Source: Treponemataceae bacterium (GTDB lineage: Bacteria > Spirochaetota > Spirochaetia > Treponematales > Rectinemataceae). From it: a stretch of DNA of 64,000 bases. The position numbers and the translations under genes were made by a program. Positions 1 through 10,071 of this stretch are shown in pieces. The stretch spans positions 96,001-160,000 of the forward strand of contig CAXXGJ010000006.1 in the NCBI GenBank assembly GCA_963677895.2, written 5' to 3'. The notes beneath the pieces are model-generated. The model saw only the letters and a list, made by a program, of their open reading frames with translations. It was not told the DNA's origin and searched no databases. Each line of letters starts with the position of its first letter. The stretch's first letter is position 1.

Positions 1-837
1 TTTGTTTGTTGCAGCAATTATCCTAATATCGACGGAAATAGAACCGTTCCCTCCAACGCGTTCAAATGTTCTTTCCTGGAGCGCTTGAAGAATCTTTGCC
101 TGAGCCGCGAGTGACAAGTCACCTACTTCATCGAGAAAGAGCGTCCCATAATTGGCTTGTTCGAATCTTCCAATCCGAGTCTTTTTTGCATCAGTAAATG
201 CCCCTTTTTCATAGCCGAATAGCTCGCTCTCAATAAGAGTATCCGGAATTGCTGCACAATTTACATGGACGAAAGGCTGTGCAATTCGATGGCTGTAATG
301 ATGGATAGCTTTCGCAACAAGCTCTTTCCCAGTCCCGCTTTCACCTGTAATGAGTACAGGCGTATCAACATCTGCCGCTTTGCGGATAAAGAGTTTCATA
401 TCAGCGATTTTTGGCGCATTTGAGATGATTTGGTCTAGGCCGTCTTTCTGTAGCTTTGGCTGCGCGTTAACGGTTATTACAAGACGGATTTCTTCGATAA
501 GCGCCCTTAAATCCAAGGGCTTTGAAAAGTAATTTACCGCACCATATTTCATAGCTCGTACAGCGGTATCCACGGATGGATATCCTGTGATCATGATCAC
601 GGGTGTGTTGGGTGAATGCCGCTTAACAGATTTTAAAAGATCTATCCCACCAATCCCTGGCATCCGTATATCCATCAGTATAAGATCGATATGTTCCTTG
701 GATAAAAGAGCTTCCAGCTCCCTTGGGTCATCTATGAAAGTAGCTCGGTACCCCTCGTCCAAGAGGATTTCTTTGATAGACAAGCACATTTCCAATTCGT
801 CATCAATAATTAAAATATGCGCTTTCGCTAAATCCAT
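1..837 (-). CDS. Sigma54-dependent NtrC-family response regulator (receiver + AAA+), runs off the window start
   Basis: Not in the ORF track; translated manually: [14 protein letters not shown] receiver, [11 protein letters not shown]alker [21 protein letters not shown] Walker B. Alternative in-frame ATG at 846. Confidence 0.92.
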   Translation of the reverse strand, partial: MDLAKAHILIIDDELEMCLSIKEILLDEGYRATFIDDPRELEALLSKEHIDLILMDIRMPGIGGIDLLKSVKRHSPNTPVIMITGYPSVDTAVRAMKYGAVNYFSKPLDLRALIEEIRLVITVNAQPKLQKDGLDQIISNAPKIADMKLFIRKAADVDTPVLITGESGTGKELVAKAIHHYSHRIAQPFVHVNCAAIPDTLIESELFGYEKGAFTDAKKTRIGRFEQANYGTLFLDEVGDLSLAAQAKILQALQERTFERVGGNGSISVDIRIIAATNK

Positions 838-851
838 ATGATGCATAATGG

Positions 852-1757
852 CTACCATGACTGGATATTTAATATTTCTTCACGTGTTGGTATAGAAACA
901 CTTGCACCTTCGCGCGACACACAGAGAGATGCTGCTATTGTAGCTTCCTCGAGCGCCTTTTCAGGTGGTTCACCTCGAAGCTCTGCAGCGATAAAAAATC
1001 CTGTGAACGTATCGCCTGCAGCAGTCGTATCAACCACCCTAACGTTACGCGACGGGAATTCTATATAGGTCCCGTCAGCCCCCATATACGTTACACCTTC
1101 AGATCCGAGCGTCAATACGATATTGGTTAAAGGGTAAGCCGCATGCAATGTTTTCACCATCGCGTCGACAGCCGATGTATTAGAAATTGCCCGGGCTTCG
1201 ACTTCGTTGAGAATGAGGCAGTGGATGCGCTTTAAATCAATGCCTACAAGGCGCTTGTCAATCGGAGATGGATTTAAGTAGATGTATAGACCTCTTTCTA
1301 TCGCTTTTTCGATCGCATAGGGCAATTCGGATATTTCATTCTGAAATAGAACAGAATCCCCGACACCCCATCCTGATAGAAAGTTCTCAATATCTTCTCT
1401 TGTTATCTTCTGGTTAGCGCCTCCGAAAAGAACAATTGAATTCTGCCCATCCTCTTGTACCTGGATGAAAGCTTTCCCCGTAGGTGTTTCTGATTGTATG
1501 ATTTTTGTAGTATCGACACCTCTTCCTTGCAGCGCCAGAAGAACTGGTTCAGCGTCAGGGCCTATTTTCCCAGCATGAAACACATTAGCGCCTGCGCAAG
1601 CGAGAGCTATAGATTGGTTATTCCCTTTGCCGCCGATGTTCCTATAAAATTTCATGCAAGCTATGGTTTCGCCAGGTGCAACAAAATGAGGTACTAAAAA
1701 TACTTCATCAAAATTAATCGAACCAATATTTAGGATCCTGTTTATATTATTACTCAT
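852..1757 (-). CDS. rbsK: Ribokinase (PfkB family)
   Basis: [18 protein letters not shown] and DTTAAGDTF motifs; lies downstream of a ribose-type ABC system. Confidence 0.88.
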   Translation of the reverse strand: MSNNINRILNIGSINFDEVFLVPHFVAPGETIACMKFYRNIGGKGNNQSIALACAGANVFHAGKIGPDAEPVLLALQGRGVDTTKIIQSETPTGKAFIQVQEDGQNSIVLFGGANQKITREDIENFLSGWGVGDSVLFQNEISELPYAIEKAIERGLYIYLNPSPIDKRLVGIDLKRIHCLILNEVEARAISNTSAVDAMVKTLHAAYPLTNIVLTLGSEGVTYMGADGTYIEFPSRNVRVVDTTAAGDTFTGFFIAAELRGEPPEKALEEATIAASLCVSREGASVSIPTREEILNIQSW

Positions 1758-1839
1758 ATATTTATCCCATGCCCTTTCTCTGATTGGGGAGAGTAAAAGT
1801 ATCGATTAATTGGAGCGAAGAAATACTATGACCAAAAAA

Positions 1840-1868
1840 AGTATCATTCTCATTATAGTTTTTGTCAA
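1840..1868 (-). promoter_or_regulatory. Putative sigma70 promoter for ribokinase-NtrC
   Basis: Minus strand reads TTGACA-N17-GATACT. Confidence 0.5.
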
Positions 1869-1934
1869 GCTTTATTGATGTATTCTCAATCGGCATTTTA
1901 GTAAACCTTGATTGGCCCTGATAAAGCCACATTA

Positions 1935-2915
1935 TCAATTATTCGATGCGAGCATCAACGAAAGTTTCGCCCTGTACGTATCGAGAATCACGGCTCCGAT
2001 AATGATAAAACCGGTTATCATTTGTCGCGCAAAATCACCTATTCCAAGCAGCAACAACCCGTTGTTCAGCACACCCATGATACAGGCGCCAAGAAAAGTG
2101 CCGACGAGCGAACCTTTGCCACCGCTCATGCTTGTTCCACCGATGACAGCGGCCGCAATTGCGTTCATATCGAAACCGTTCCCCAATATCGGACTGGCAA
2201 TATTGAGTCGTAGCATATACATTATTGCCGCGATTCCGACAGTTCCACCGCAAATAGCGAAAGCGAAGATCTTATACATGCCTGTATTATGCCCGGAGAG
2301 CCTAACTGATTCTTCGTTATTTCCAATAGCGTAAATAAATCGCCCGAAAACTGTCTTCTGAAGGACGAATATGCCGGCGATCACAATGAGCAGCGCGATG
2401 ATAAAAATATAAGGTATTCCAATGACGGCACCGCTCCCGAACTTATTGAAGGATGGAGGGAAACTGAAGATCGTCCTTGAATTACTGACCTGTAAGGCGG
2501 CGCCACGGGCGATATTCATCATTCCAAGCGTCACGATGAAAGGATGTATCTTCCAACGCACAGTGAAGAAACCATTAAATATACCGCACAACGTTCCAAC
2601 AATTATACTGGCGAGTACCGCCGCTGGTATACTTATTATAGAAGAAACACCGGGGATATTCATGATCAAGCCGGCAATGACTGAACATAGCGCAAGCACC
2701 GCGCCTACTGAAAGGTCGATACCGCCGAGAAGGATCACTAGGGTCATTCCAACCGAGATCACCGTGTTGATGCTTATTTGAGTTAAAATATTAGTAATAT
2801 TCAGCGATGTTGCGAAATTGGGCGCAAAAATGGAGAACAACAACGTAAGGGCGATTAACGCTACGCCGATGCCGGCTTCCCGCAAGAGAAAGTACAGTAT
2901 TTTTTTTGATTTCAT
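1935..2915 (-). CDS. Sugar ABC transporter permease (RbsC-like)
   Basis: GGIDLSVG, GRFIYAIGNNEESVRLSG, IAAAVIGGTS. Confidence 0.93.
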   Translation of the reverse strand: MKSKKILYFLLREAGIGVALIALTLLFSIFAPNFATSLNITNILTQISINTVISVGMTLVILLGGIDLSVGAVLALCSVIAGLIMNIPGVSSIISIPAAVLASIIVGTLCGIFNGFFTVRWKIHPFIVTLGMMNIARGAALQVSNSRTIFSFPPSFNKFGSGAVIGIPYIFIIALLIVIAGIFVLQKTVFGRFIYAIGNNEESVRLSGHNTGMYKIFAFAICGGTVGIAAIMYMLRLNIASPILGNGFDMNAIAAAVIGGTSMSGGKGSLVGTFLGACIMGVLNNGLLLLGIGDFARQMITGFIIIGAVILDTYRAKLSLMLASNN

Positions 2916-4444
2916 GGTTTCTCCTTACTTCGTTTTTCACTATCGTCTATAAACGCTTTGTAGGCATAAAACAGCACCTTCTCTTGATCAAAATCCTTTC
3001 GTTCAAATTCGCCTGTTACGCTGTTATTCGAAAAGACAAGCACTCTATGGCAAAGTCCAAGAACTTCCGATAAATCCGAGGAAATAACAATAATTCCCTT
3101 CCCTGCCTTCGCTAATGCCCACAAGAGTAGGTAGATCTCGTACTTCGCCCCAACATCGATTCCGCGCGTTGGTTCGTCGAAAATCAGAATGCGTGCGTCG
3201 TTGAATAGCCATTTAGAGATGACGATTTTCTGCTGATTACCACCCGAGAGATTCCTCACTAACTGTGATGAAGATGGAGTCCGTATCGACAGCTCATCGA
3301 TATACTTTTGGGCAACTACCCGTTCTTCTCGCTTATTCATCAACCCGAACTTCGACACCTTAGTAGGCTGCGTTATGGTTATATTCGCCGTACAAGACAT
3401 GTCGAGAATCAGCCCTTGATTCTTCCGATCTTCAGTTAAGAGTCCTATCCCGTTCCGCACCGCGTCCTTCGGCGATTTTATTTTAAGCTCTTTTCCATCG
3501 AGCCATATCGTCCCAGAATCCTTCGGATCGGCGCCGAAAAGGGCGCGCATCGTTTCCGTGCGTCCCGACCCCACTAGACCGGCAATACCAAGAATTTCCC
3601 CTTTTTTCACGTCGAAGGAAACATCAGTCGCGCTGCCACGAAAACGGAGATTACGTACTTTTAAAAGAGTTTCTCCTACAACGCACTCAGGATCGAAAGG
3701 ATATTCGGAGTTCATATCCCTTCCGACCATTTTCTTGACAATTCCGGAAATATCGATATTGGAAACAAACGTCGTATCAACGACACTTCCGTTTCTCAGA
3801 ACGGTGATCCGGTCGCCGATCTCAAATATTTCTTTTAAACGGTGGGATATATAGATGATAGTCACACCTTCTTTTTTCAAGGTTTTTATAAGAACAAAGA
3901 GCCGATCTATTTCCCTGGATGTAAGCGTTGCTGTAGGTTCGTCAAGGATTATGATACGGCTCTCGTATGCCAAAGCTTTTGCAATTTCTATTAGCTGCAT
4001 TTGAGCTATACCGAGCATCTCCACTGGCGTGTGGGGATCGATAGAAAGTCCTATTTTATCGAGGATGACCTTGGCATCGGCATAGATTTTCTCATAATCA
4101 ACTATTCCATATTTGCGTGGAAGTCGTTCGAAAAAAATATTTTCCGCGATTGATAAATAAGGAAGGAGATTAAACTCTTGGTAGACAATCCTGATCCCAG
4201 CCCTAATAGCGTCCTGCGGTCCTCGAGGAACGAACGGTTTGTTATCAAGGTAGAGGACCCCGGAATCCGGTTTGTTAATTCCACAGATGACTTTCACCAG
4301 ACTGGACTTCCCCGCTCCATTCTCTCCGACGAGGATGTGCACTTCTCCCCGTTCGATATTCATATTAACATTGTTAAGCGCCATAACGCCGGGAAAACTT
4401 TTATATATCCCTTCCAACCTCAGTATGCTTCTACTGTGATCCAT
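2912..4444 (-). CDS. Sugar ABC transporter ATP-binding protein (RbsA-like, two ABC domains)
   Basis: GENGAGKS, LDEPT, LSGGNQQK, DEPTRGIDVGAK. Confidence 0.95.
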   Translation of the reverse strand: MDHSRSILRLEGIYKSFPGVMALNNVNMNIERGEVHILVGENGAGKSSLVKVICGINKPDSGVLYLDNKPFVPRGPQDAIRAGIRIVYQEFNLLPYLSIAENIFFERLPRKYGIVDYEKIYADAKVILDKIGLSIDPHTPVEMLGIAQMQLIEIAKALAYESRIIILDEPTATLTSREIDRLFVLIKTLKKEGVTIIYISHRLKEIFEIGDRITVLRNGSVVDTTFVSNIDISGIVKKMVGRDMNSEYPFDPECVVGETLLKVRNLRFRGSATDVSFDVKKGEILGIAGLVGSGRTETMRALFGADPKDSGTIWLDGKELKIKSPKDAVRNGIGLLTEDRKNQGLILDMSCTANITITQPTKVSKFGLMNKREERVVAQKYIDELSIRTPSSSQLVRNLSGGNQQKIVISKWLFNDARILIFDEPTRGIDVGAKYEIYLLLWALAKAGKGIIVISSDLSEVLGLCHRVLVFSNNSVTGEFERKDFDQEKVLFYAYKAFIDDSEKRSKEKP

Positions 4445-4553
4445 ATCATCTCTTCTCTGGTTTTGATCCGCGTACCTGACAAGCGTCGCGTAAAAGATTA
4501 CAAAGGCGTCGCCGAATGAAATTCAACGACGCCTATAAACGCAGTACGATTTT

Positions 4554-5513
4554 TTATTTTTTTAGATTATCGATAGTTATCAATTTAACTGGAGTCTTCT
4601 GCCAACCTGTAAGCGAATTTGCCTTGGCTCCCGTCTGAAGCAACTCAAGGCCGATTTTGATAGCATTCGCCGCAAGATCACCGCCAAATTGATCGACTGT
4701 TGCGAGCACTTTGCCCTGCTTGATCAGGTCCTGCACCGCCGCGATATTGTCGAATCCTACGATTTTTATGTCTTTGCGGCCGGCGGCTTCGATCGCGCGG
4801 GCGGCACCAAGCGCCATTGAGTCATTCGCACACATAATTCCCTTAATGTCGGGGTGAGCGGTGAGCAGATTGGTTACGACCGTGTTGGCTTCTTCCGTCT
4901 CCCAATGAGCAGTAGTCGAGGCTATAAGGTTGAGGCGACCTTTCTTGATCGAGCGAAGGAATCCTTCTTTTCGTTGTTTGGCATTGTCCGCGCCAGGCAT
5001 ACCCTCGATTATCACAACTTTACCACCAGCGCCGAGGCTCTTAGCCAAACAATCACCGACAAGTTCGGCACCTTCAGCATTATCGGGGCCAACGAAGAGG
5101 AAGTTTTCGGGCAGTCCCGCTTCCTTGAGAGCTTTTTTATCCAGCGTGACATCAATATTGATAACCGGGATGCCCGCGTTGATCGCTTTCTTCACCGATG
5201 CGACCATACCCACAGAATCGGAAGGCGCAATAACGATAAGGTCGACTTTTCTCGCGATGAAGTTGTCCATCGCAGCCACTTGAGTGTCGATATCGGTTTC
5301 GGAATTCATTCCTACTGGTATTAGGGTGAAGCTACCATCAGCTGCGGCAAATTTCCGCGCCCCTTCTTCCATAGTCTTGAAGAATTCATTCGCAAGCGAC
5401 TTCATCACGAGGCCAACCACGGGTTTCGCGCTCACACTGCTAACGGAAGCGATGAAAAGAATGAGAGAAAAAAGTACAACCTTGCCCAAGAATCCGTTAA
5501 TTTTTCTGTTCAT
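4554..5513 (-). CDS. Sugar ABC transporter substrate-binding protein (RbsB-like)
   Basis: Signal peptide, KSLANEFF, CANDSMALGA, VGFDN. Confidence 0.92.
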   Translation of the reverse strand: MNRKINGFLGKVVLFSLILFIASVSSVSAKPVVGLVMKSLANEFFKTMEEGARKFAAADGSFTLIPVGMNSETDIDTQVAAMDNFIARKVDLIVIAPSDSVGMVASVKKAINAGIPVINIDVTLDKKALKEAGLPENFLFVGPDNAEGAELVGDCLAKSLGAGGKVVIIEGMPGADNAKQRKEGFLRSIKKGRLNLIASTTAHWETEEANTVVTNLLTAHPDIKGIMCANDSMALGAARAIEAAGRKDIKIVGFDNIAAVQDLIKQGKVLATVDQFGGDLAANAIKIGLELLQTGAKANSLTGWQKTPVKLITIDNLKK

Positions 5514-5514
5514 G

Positions 5515-6768
5515 TTATTCTCCTCTCGAGGGATCTATCAGTGCCGGGTAGACGATAGTGCTCCAAAATTTGTCTTCATCAATGAAGTTTTGAATTGCCG
5601 CTTTCCGCGATCCGATCGGGCCCGCATCCTTGGTGTATGCAGTGCTTCTACCGTAATCCTGAGTCATTTCAGCGTTCACATCGACATAGACACCAAACAT
5701 TTTTTGCGGGGTTCCGTCGGCAGGAATGGGGCTGTCGTTCCAGGAAAGAACGATTGTAGGGTCGATGATGTAACCAACGGCTAGAACATCCCAAATGTTA
5801 GAAGGTGCCTTATTCTTATTTTTAAGCAGGAAAAGGTCTCTGAGCCCAGGGTAGGTAGTTTCAAGCACTTTGTCATAAATGGCTTGTGGCATCCCATGGG
5901 TATTGTCGTTGGCTTCCAGCCCGGAGATCATTTGGTTCCCATATATTTTATATGACTCGGAATTCTTGTCACCCCACTGAGCACGGACGGAGATCTTGGC
6001 GGCGTCTGGATCGGCCCACCAGTTGAACTCGGCAGCGGCAGATGAATTCCCTTTCAAGTAAAATGAGCCTCCCATATAGACGATCTCTTTCACTTTCGAA
6101 GGCAGAGTAGGATCTTTCATGATCGCTCTCGCAATATTAGTCGCAGGGCCGATCGCTGCGATGGTCACTTCCCCTGGGTACTTGTTGACGGTGTTTACGA
6201 TAAAGTCAACAGCATCTGTGTTGCCTTCGGGATCGGGAGAAGTAGGTCCATACACGTATTTATAGGTGGGATCCTTGCCATAGTAGAATTTATACACATC
6301 TTGCCACTTGGCCATGGGGTCAGTGTCGATACCGGTGTTTTTTTCGGGGTATTGAGCCTTCCGGAGGTACCCTGCGTATCCTACAGGCCCGGTTATCGCC
6401 AGTTCTGCGCTCAACACTTCAGGAATGGCGCGACTGGAACGTATACCGTAGCGGCTGCCTTCATAAATAGGTACTTTCGAGCCAATGATTTCTAGTTGAC
6501 GAACGCCAGAGGAGACACCATTGGGCATAGAACGGTTCCCTGCAACGACAGTAACGCCAAGGAGTTCCGTTTCAGGGGATTGATCGAGGACAATCATGGC
6601 GATTCCGTCATCAAAGCACTCAACCATGTCTGTGTCGAGGATCACTTTTCGCGCAGAGGCCTTCTTCACTTGCCAGCTGGCTTCCTGAGCGCCAACCACG
6701 GATACAAAGCACAGCGCGATGATAAGGCAGAACGCCTTAGTCCAGAAGCCCTTCATCATTTTATTCAT
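5515..6768 (-). CDS. Exported nucleoside hydrolase (IU-NH family)
   Basis: Signal peptide ending VVGA, DTDMVECFDD, VVAGN, AIGPATN, MGG, AAEFNWWADPDAA. Confidence 0.88.
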   Translation of the reverse strand: MNKMMKGFWTKAFCLIIALCFVSVVGAQEASWQVKKASARKVILDTDMVECFDDGIAMIVLDQSPETELLGVTVVAGNRSMPNGVSSGVRQLEIIGSKVPIYEGSRYGIRSSRAIPEVLSAELAITGPVGYAGYLRKAQYPEKNTGIDTDPMAKWQDVYKFYYGKDPTYKYVYGPTSPDPEGNTDAVDFIVNTVNKYPGEVTIAAIGPATNIARAIMKDPTLPSKVKEIVYMGGSFYLKGNSSAAAEFNWWADPDAAKISVRAQWGDKNSESYKIYGNQMISGLEANDNTHGMPQAIYDKVLETTYPGLRDLFLLKNKNKAPSNIWDVLAVGYIIDPTIVLSWNDSPIPADGTPQKMFGVYVDVNAEMTQDYGRSTAYTKDAGPIGSRKAAIQNFIDEDKFWSTIVYPALIDPSRGE

Positions 6769-6823
6769 ATGCCTTCCTTTGTATTGATCATGCGATCAAT
6801 GCTCATTGAGATACATTCTTAAT

Positions 6824-6839
6824 AGCAAAAGCCATGCCA
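6824..6839 (-). promoter_or_regulatory. Sigma54 (-24/-12) promoter of the nucleoside hydrolase-ABC operon
   Basis: Minus strand TGGCATGGCTTTTGCT = GG-N10-GC, 55 bp upstream of the hydrolase ATG; an NtrC-type activator is in the same cluster. Confidence 0.85.
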
Positions 6840-7163
6840 GACGGATAGAATTCTATTATGAATAAGTGAACCGGTTTTCATTGAAGATTTGAGTCCTGAA
6901 ACGATCAAAAAACCATAAGCTTTAGTCAACCAGAAAGAGGTTGTTGCCGGAGCTAAACGGAAGAAAAATTTTTGATAAAATCCATGTATTTTTTTTTACC
7001 CACGTGAGTAATGAATGGGTAATTAGTTACACAATCACGGAAACATCAATCGTAGACTTATAAAGCACTTCACATAGCATATTCTTCAGGAGTAAAACTA
7101 GTTTAGTACCGGTTAGGATATCATCGATAAGTAAGAATAGCGGGCAAAAGAGAACAGATTCGC

Positions 7164-7229
7164 TTCAATAGTCACGGCATCGCGTCCACGAGGTGCCAGG
7201 ACAAAATCCATTTCATTCCCCTCCTTATC
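7164..7229 (-). pseudogene. Possible relic of a DUF4143 / AAA ATPase C-terminus
   Basis: Reads DKEGNEMDFVLAPRGRDAVTIE, resembling the E-(V/I)-D-F-V ... I-E-x-K motif; flanks are degenerate. Confidence 0.4.
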
Positions 7230-7699
7230 GACGCGATTATATTAGGTACGAATGGCGTTCCAAACGAAAGAATTCGAGCACATCCCAGGCTCAAAAGGCT
7301 TCCCTCCACTCCGAGTTGTCCCTATCGTCGCGCAGTTTGGAGAGTTAGAAGCAGGGAAACCCTACCGAAACAAACCGCTTCGTTCTGTCCCCATATCCAA
7401 GAAGATCCATGTTTTTTAACAAAGCAACGTAAGCTTGAGCTAAGCTTTGTATCCAACGATGTATATCGCAAAATTTCACCGACATCTCCCGACGTATCGC
7501 AAGTTAGGTTTCACTTAGTCATGACAAAAATGAAAGTGGCATAAGCAATTCGTGAGTGTAAACAAGATAACGAGATGAGCAGAATTTACAAGAAAAGTAT
7601 TTAGGTAAAGACGAGAAAACTCGATTCTTTACCTATAAATTTTTTCCGTCGGTCCTGTTATCCTGTCAAAGATTCTCTTTCTCCGGTATTATCCACGTA

Positions 7700-8974
7700 A
7701 TGCCTACTATTCAAACCTATACGGCTATCATCATCGGCGCTGGTCCCGCTGGCCTCTTCGCCGCCATTCGACTCGCCGAAACCATCGGCGGCGGCGAGGG
7801 CATCCTCATTCTCGAGCGCCGCGAGAAGCCCGCCCGCAAGCTTCTTCTCTCCGGCTCCGGCCAGTGCAACCTCACCCACGCGGGGGAAATCGCCGACTTC
7901 CTCGGCCGCTACAGCGGCGGAGTGAAGGCCGAATCGGCCGCCCGCTTCCTCAAGCCGGCCCTCTACGCCTTCACCAACGAGGAACTCCTCGCCTGGTTCA
8001 GCGCCAAGGGCATGGAATTCGAGACCGAGGATTCGGGCAAGATATTCCCCGCCGACCGCCGCGCCACCTCCGTTCTCAAGATTCTCCAGGATGAAGCCTA
8101 TCGCCTCGGCCTGCGCATCGTCGCGAATAGCCGCGTCAGCGGCATAAGCGTCTCCGAGGGCTTTCTTGTGCGGGTGGAGTCGGAAGCTTTCGAATATCGC
8201 GCCCCGATCGTCCTCATCGCCACGGGAGGGCTGTCCTACCCCAAGACCGGCAGCACGGGCGACGGCTACGCGCTCGCGGCCTCCCTTGGGCACCGCATCG
8301 TACCGCCCAGGCCGGCCCTCGCGCCCGTTTACATCAGGAATTTCGCGCTCAACCCTCTCGCGGGGCTTTCCTTCCATGACGCGGGCCTTTCGGTGCTGCG
8401 CGTGGGCAAACGCGTCTTCTCAGCCGAAGGCGATCTTCTCATAACCCACGAAGGCCTCTCGGGCCCTCTCATCCTCGACGCGTCGCGCCATATCGCGCCG
8501 GGCGACAGCCTCGAGGTCAATTTTGTCGATGTGACTATTGAGGAATTCCGGAACCGCCTCGACGCCGAGCTTAAAACCAACCCCCGGCGCCTGGTCCGCA
8601 CGGCCCTCGCCGATCTCGGCCTGACGAAAAACATGGCTGAACTATTCTGCGACCTTTCAGGCGTGACCAAGGAAGAAACCGCGGCCGCCCTTCCCCGCGC
8701 CAAGCGGGATGCTCTGTGCCGCTTCGCCTGCGCCCATCCCTTCTACGTGGCGCGCCTCGGCACGCTTGAGGTGGCCATGGTCACCGCGGGAGGCGTCGAT
8801 CTCGCCGAAGTGAATCCCGGCAGCATGGAGTCGCGCCTGGTCCCCGGCCTTTTCTTCGCGGGCGAGGTCCTGGACATCGACGGCGACACGGGCGGCTACA
8901 ACCTTCAGGCAGTCTTCTCGACCGGATCGCTCGCGGCCGAGGCTATGGCTAAAAAGCCGCGCGTCGATAACTAG
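7700..8974 (+). CDS. HI0933/YhiN-family flavoprotein
   Basis: IIGAGPAG, KLLLSGSGQCNLT, ATGGLSYPKTGSTGDG, VTAGGV, GEVLDIDGDTGGYNLQ. Confidence 0.93.
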   Translation: MPTIQTYTAIIIGAGPAGLFAAIRLAETIGGGEGILILERREKPARKLLLSGSGQCNLTHAGEIADFLGRYSGGVKAESAARFLKPALYAFTNEELLAWFSAKGMEFETEDSGKIFPADRRATSVLKILQDEAYRLGLRIVANSRVSGISVSEGFLVRVESEAFEYRAPIVLIATGGLSYPKTGSTGDGYALAASLGHRIVPPRPALAPVYIRNFALNPLAGLSFHDAGLSVLRVGKRVFSAEGDLLITHEGLSGPLILDASRHIAPGDSLEVNFVDVTIEEFRNRLDAELKTNPRRLVRTALADLGLTKNMAELFCDLSGVTKEETAAALPRAKRDALCRFACAHPFYVARLGTLEVAMVTAGGVDLAEVNPGSMESRLVPGLFFAGEVLDIDGDTGGYNLQAVFSTGSLAAEAMAKKPRVDN

Positions 8975-10002
8975 GCGTAGTAGCGCGCGAGGTCGTAGGG
9001 CGGGAAGATACCCTTGTCGGTGACGATGCCGTCGCAGAGTTTGGGCGGGGTGATGTCGAAGGCGGGGTAGAAGCCGTGCACGCCCTGCATGGCGGTGCGG
9101 ACGCCCATGGCTTCGAGGACGTCGTTCTCGTCGCGCTCTTCGATCTTCACCGTGTCGATGGTGGGGTGCTGGCGGTTGGGCGAGCCCGTGCAGAAGTAGG
9201 GTATGCCCCAATAGCGCGCCGCGAGGGCGATCTGGAAGGTGCCGACCTTGTTGACGATGTGGCCGTCCATGCAGATGACGTCGGCGGCCGAGGTGAAGAC
9301 GTCGACGTGTTTGGCTTTCATGGTGTAGCCGGGCATGTTGTCGGTGATGACGGTGACGTCGAAGTCCATGTCGCGGACGACGCTGGCGGTGAGGCGGGCG
9401 CCCTGGAAGTAGGGTCTGGTCTCGGGGCAGATCACTTTGATGGTCTTGCCTCGGCTCCGGCATTCACGCAGCATCATGCCGACGATGGTTTCCGCGAAGC
9501 ACTGGGTCATGACGGTGCCGTCGTCGGGGAACTGGTCGACGAGGTATATCGTGCTCGCGGCGCTGCGGGCGTAGCGTTTGTTCACCGCGTCGATGGTGTG
9601 CTCGAAGACGGCCTTGTCGGGCGCCTTGCCGGCGGCTTTCGCCTCGATGGCCACCTTGGCGCAGGCTTCGGTGATCGTGGCCATTTTTTCGGCCGTGGTG
9701 GGGCGTGCGTGGGAGATTTCGAAGGATGCCTTGGCGATGCGCGAGGGGAAGCTGCCTTTGTCGTCGCTGTCTATGGCTTTGGCGGCGAGGGCCATGCCCA
9801 TGCCGGCGGCCACGTAGGGGCCTCCCGACTGGGTGACCATGGCTTTGATGGCCGCGATCACATCCGCGTAGGTTTTGCAGGTGACGTATTCGATCCTGGC
9901 GGGATAGACGCGGCGGTCGAGGATGCGCACCGCTTCGCCGTCGTACCAGGCGACGTTTTCGTACTTGAGCATGAAGGCGAGGTCTTTGTCCTGTCGTTCC
10001 AT
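8971..10002 (-). CDS. mtnA: Methylthioribose/5-deoxyribose-1-phosphate isomerase-like (eIF2B/MtnA family, divergent)
   Basis: ILDRR, ARPT, ETRPYFQGARLT, NKVGT, PAFDITP. Confidence 0.85.
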   Translation of the reverse strand: MERQDKDLAFMLKYENVAWYDGEAVRILDRRVYPARIEYVTCKTYADVIAAIKAMVTQSGGPYVAAGMGMALAAKAIDSDDKGSFPSRIAKASFEISHARPTTAEKMATITEACAKVAIEAKAAGKAPDKAVFEHTIDAVNKRYARSAASTIYLVDQFPDDGTVMTQCFAETIVGMMLRECRSRGKTIKVICPETRPYFQGARLTASVVRDMDFDVTVITDNMPGYTMKAKHVDVFTSAADVICMDGHIVNKVGTFQIALAARYWGIPYFCTGSPNRQHPTIDTVKIEERDENDVLEAMGVRTAMQGVHGFYPAFDITPPKLCDGIVTDKGIFPPYDLARYYA

Positions 10003-10071
10003 AATCGCTCCTTGAATATCGTCCGGAAAAAGCCGAGGCTCGCGGCCCCGGCGCCGCGGTTCCCCCGCGCG

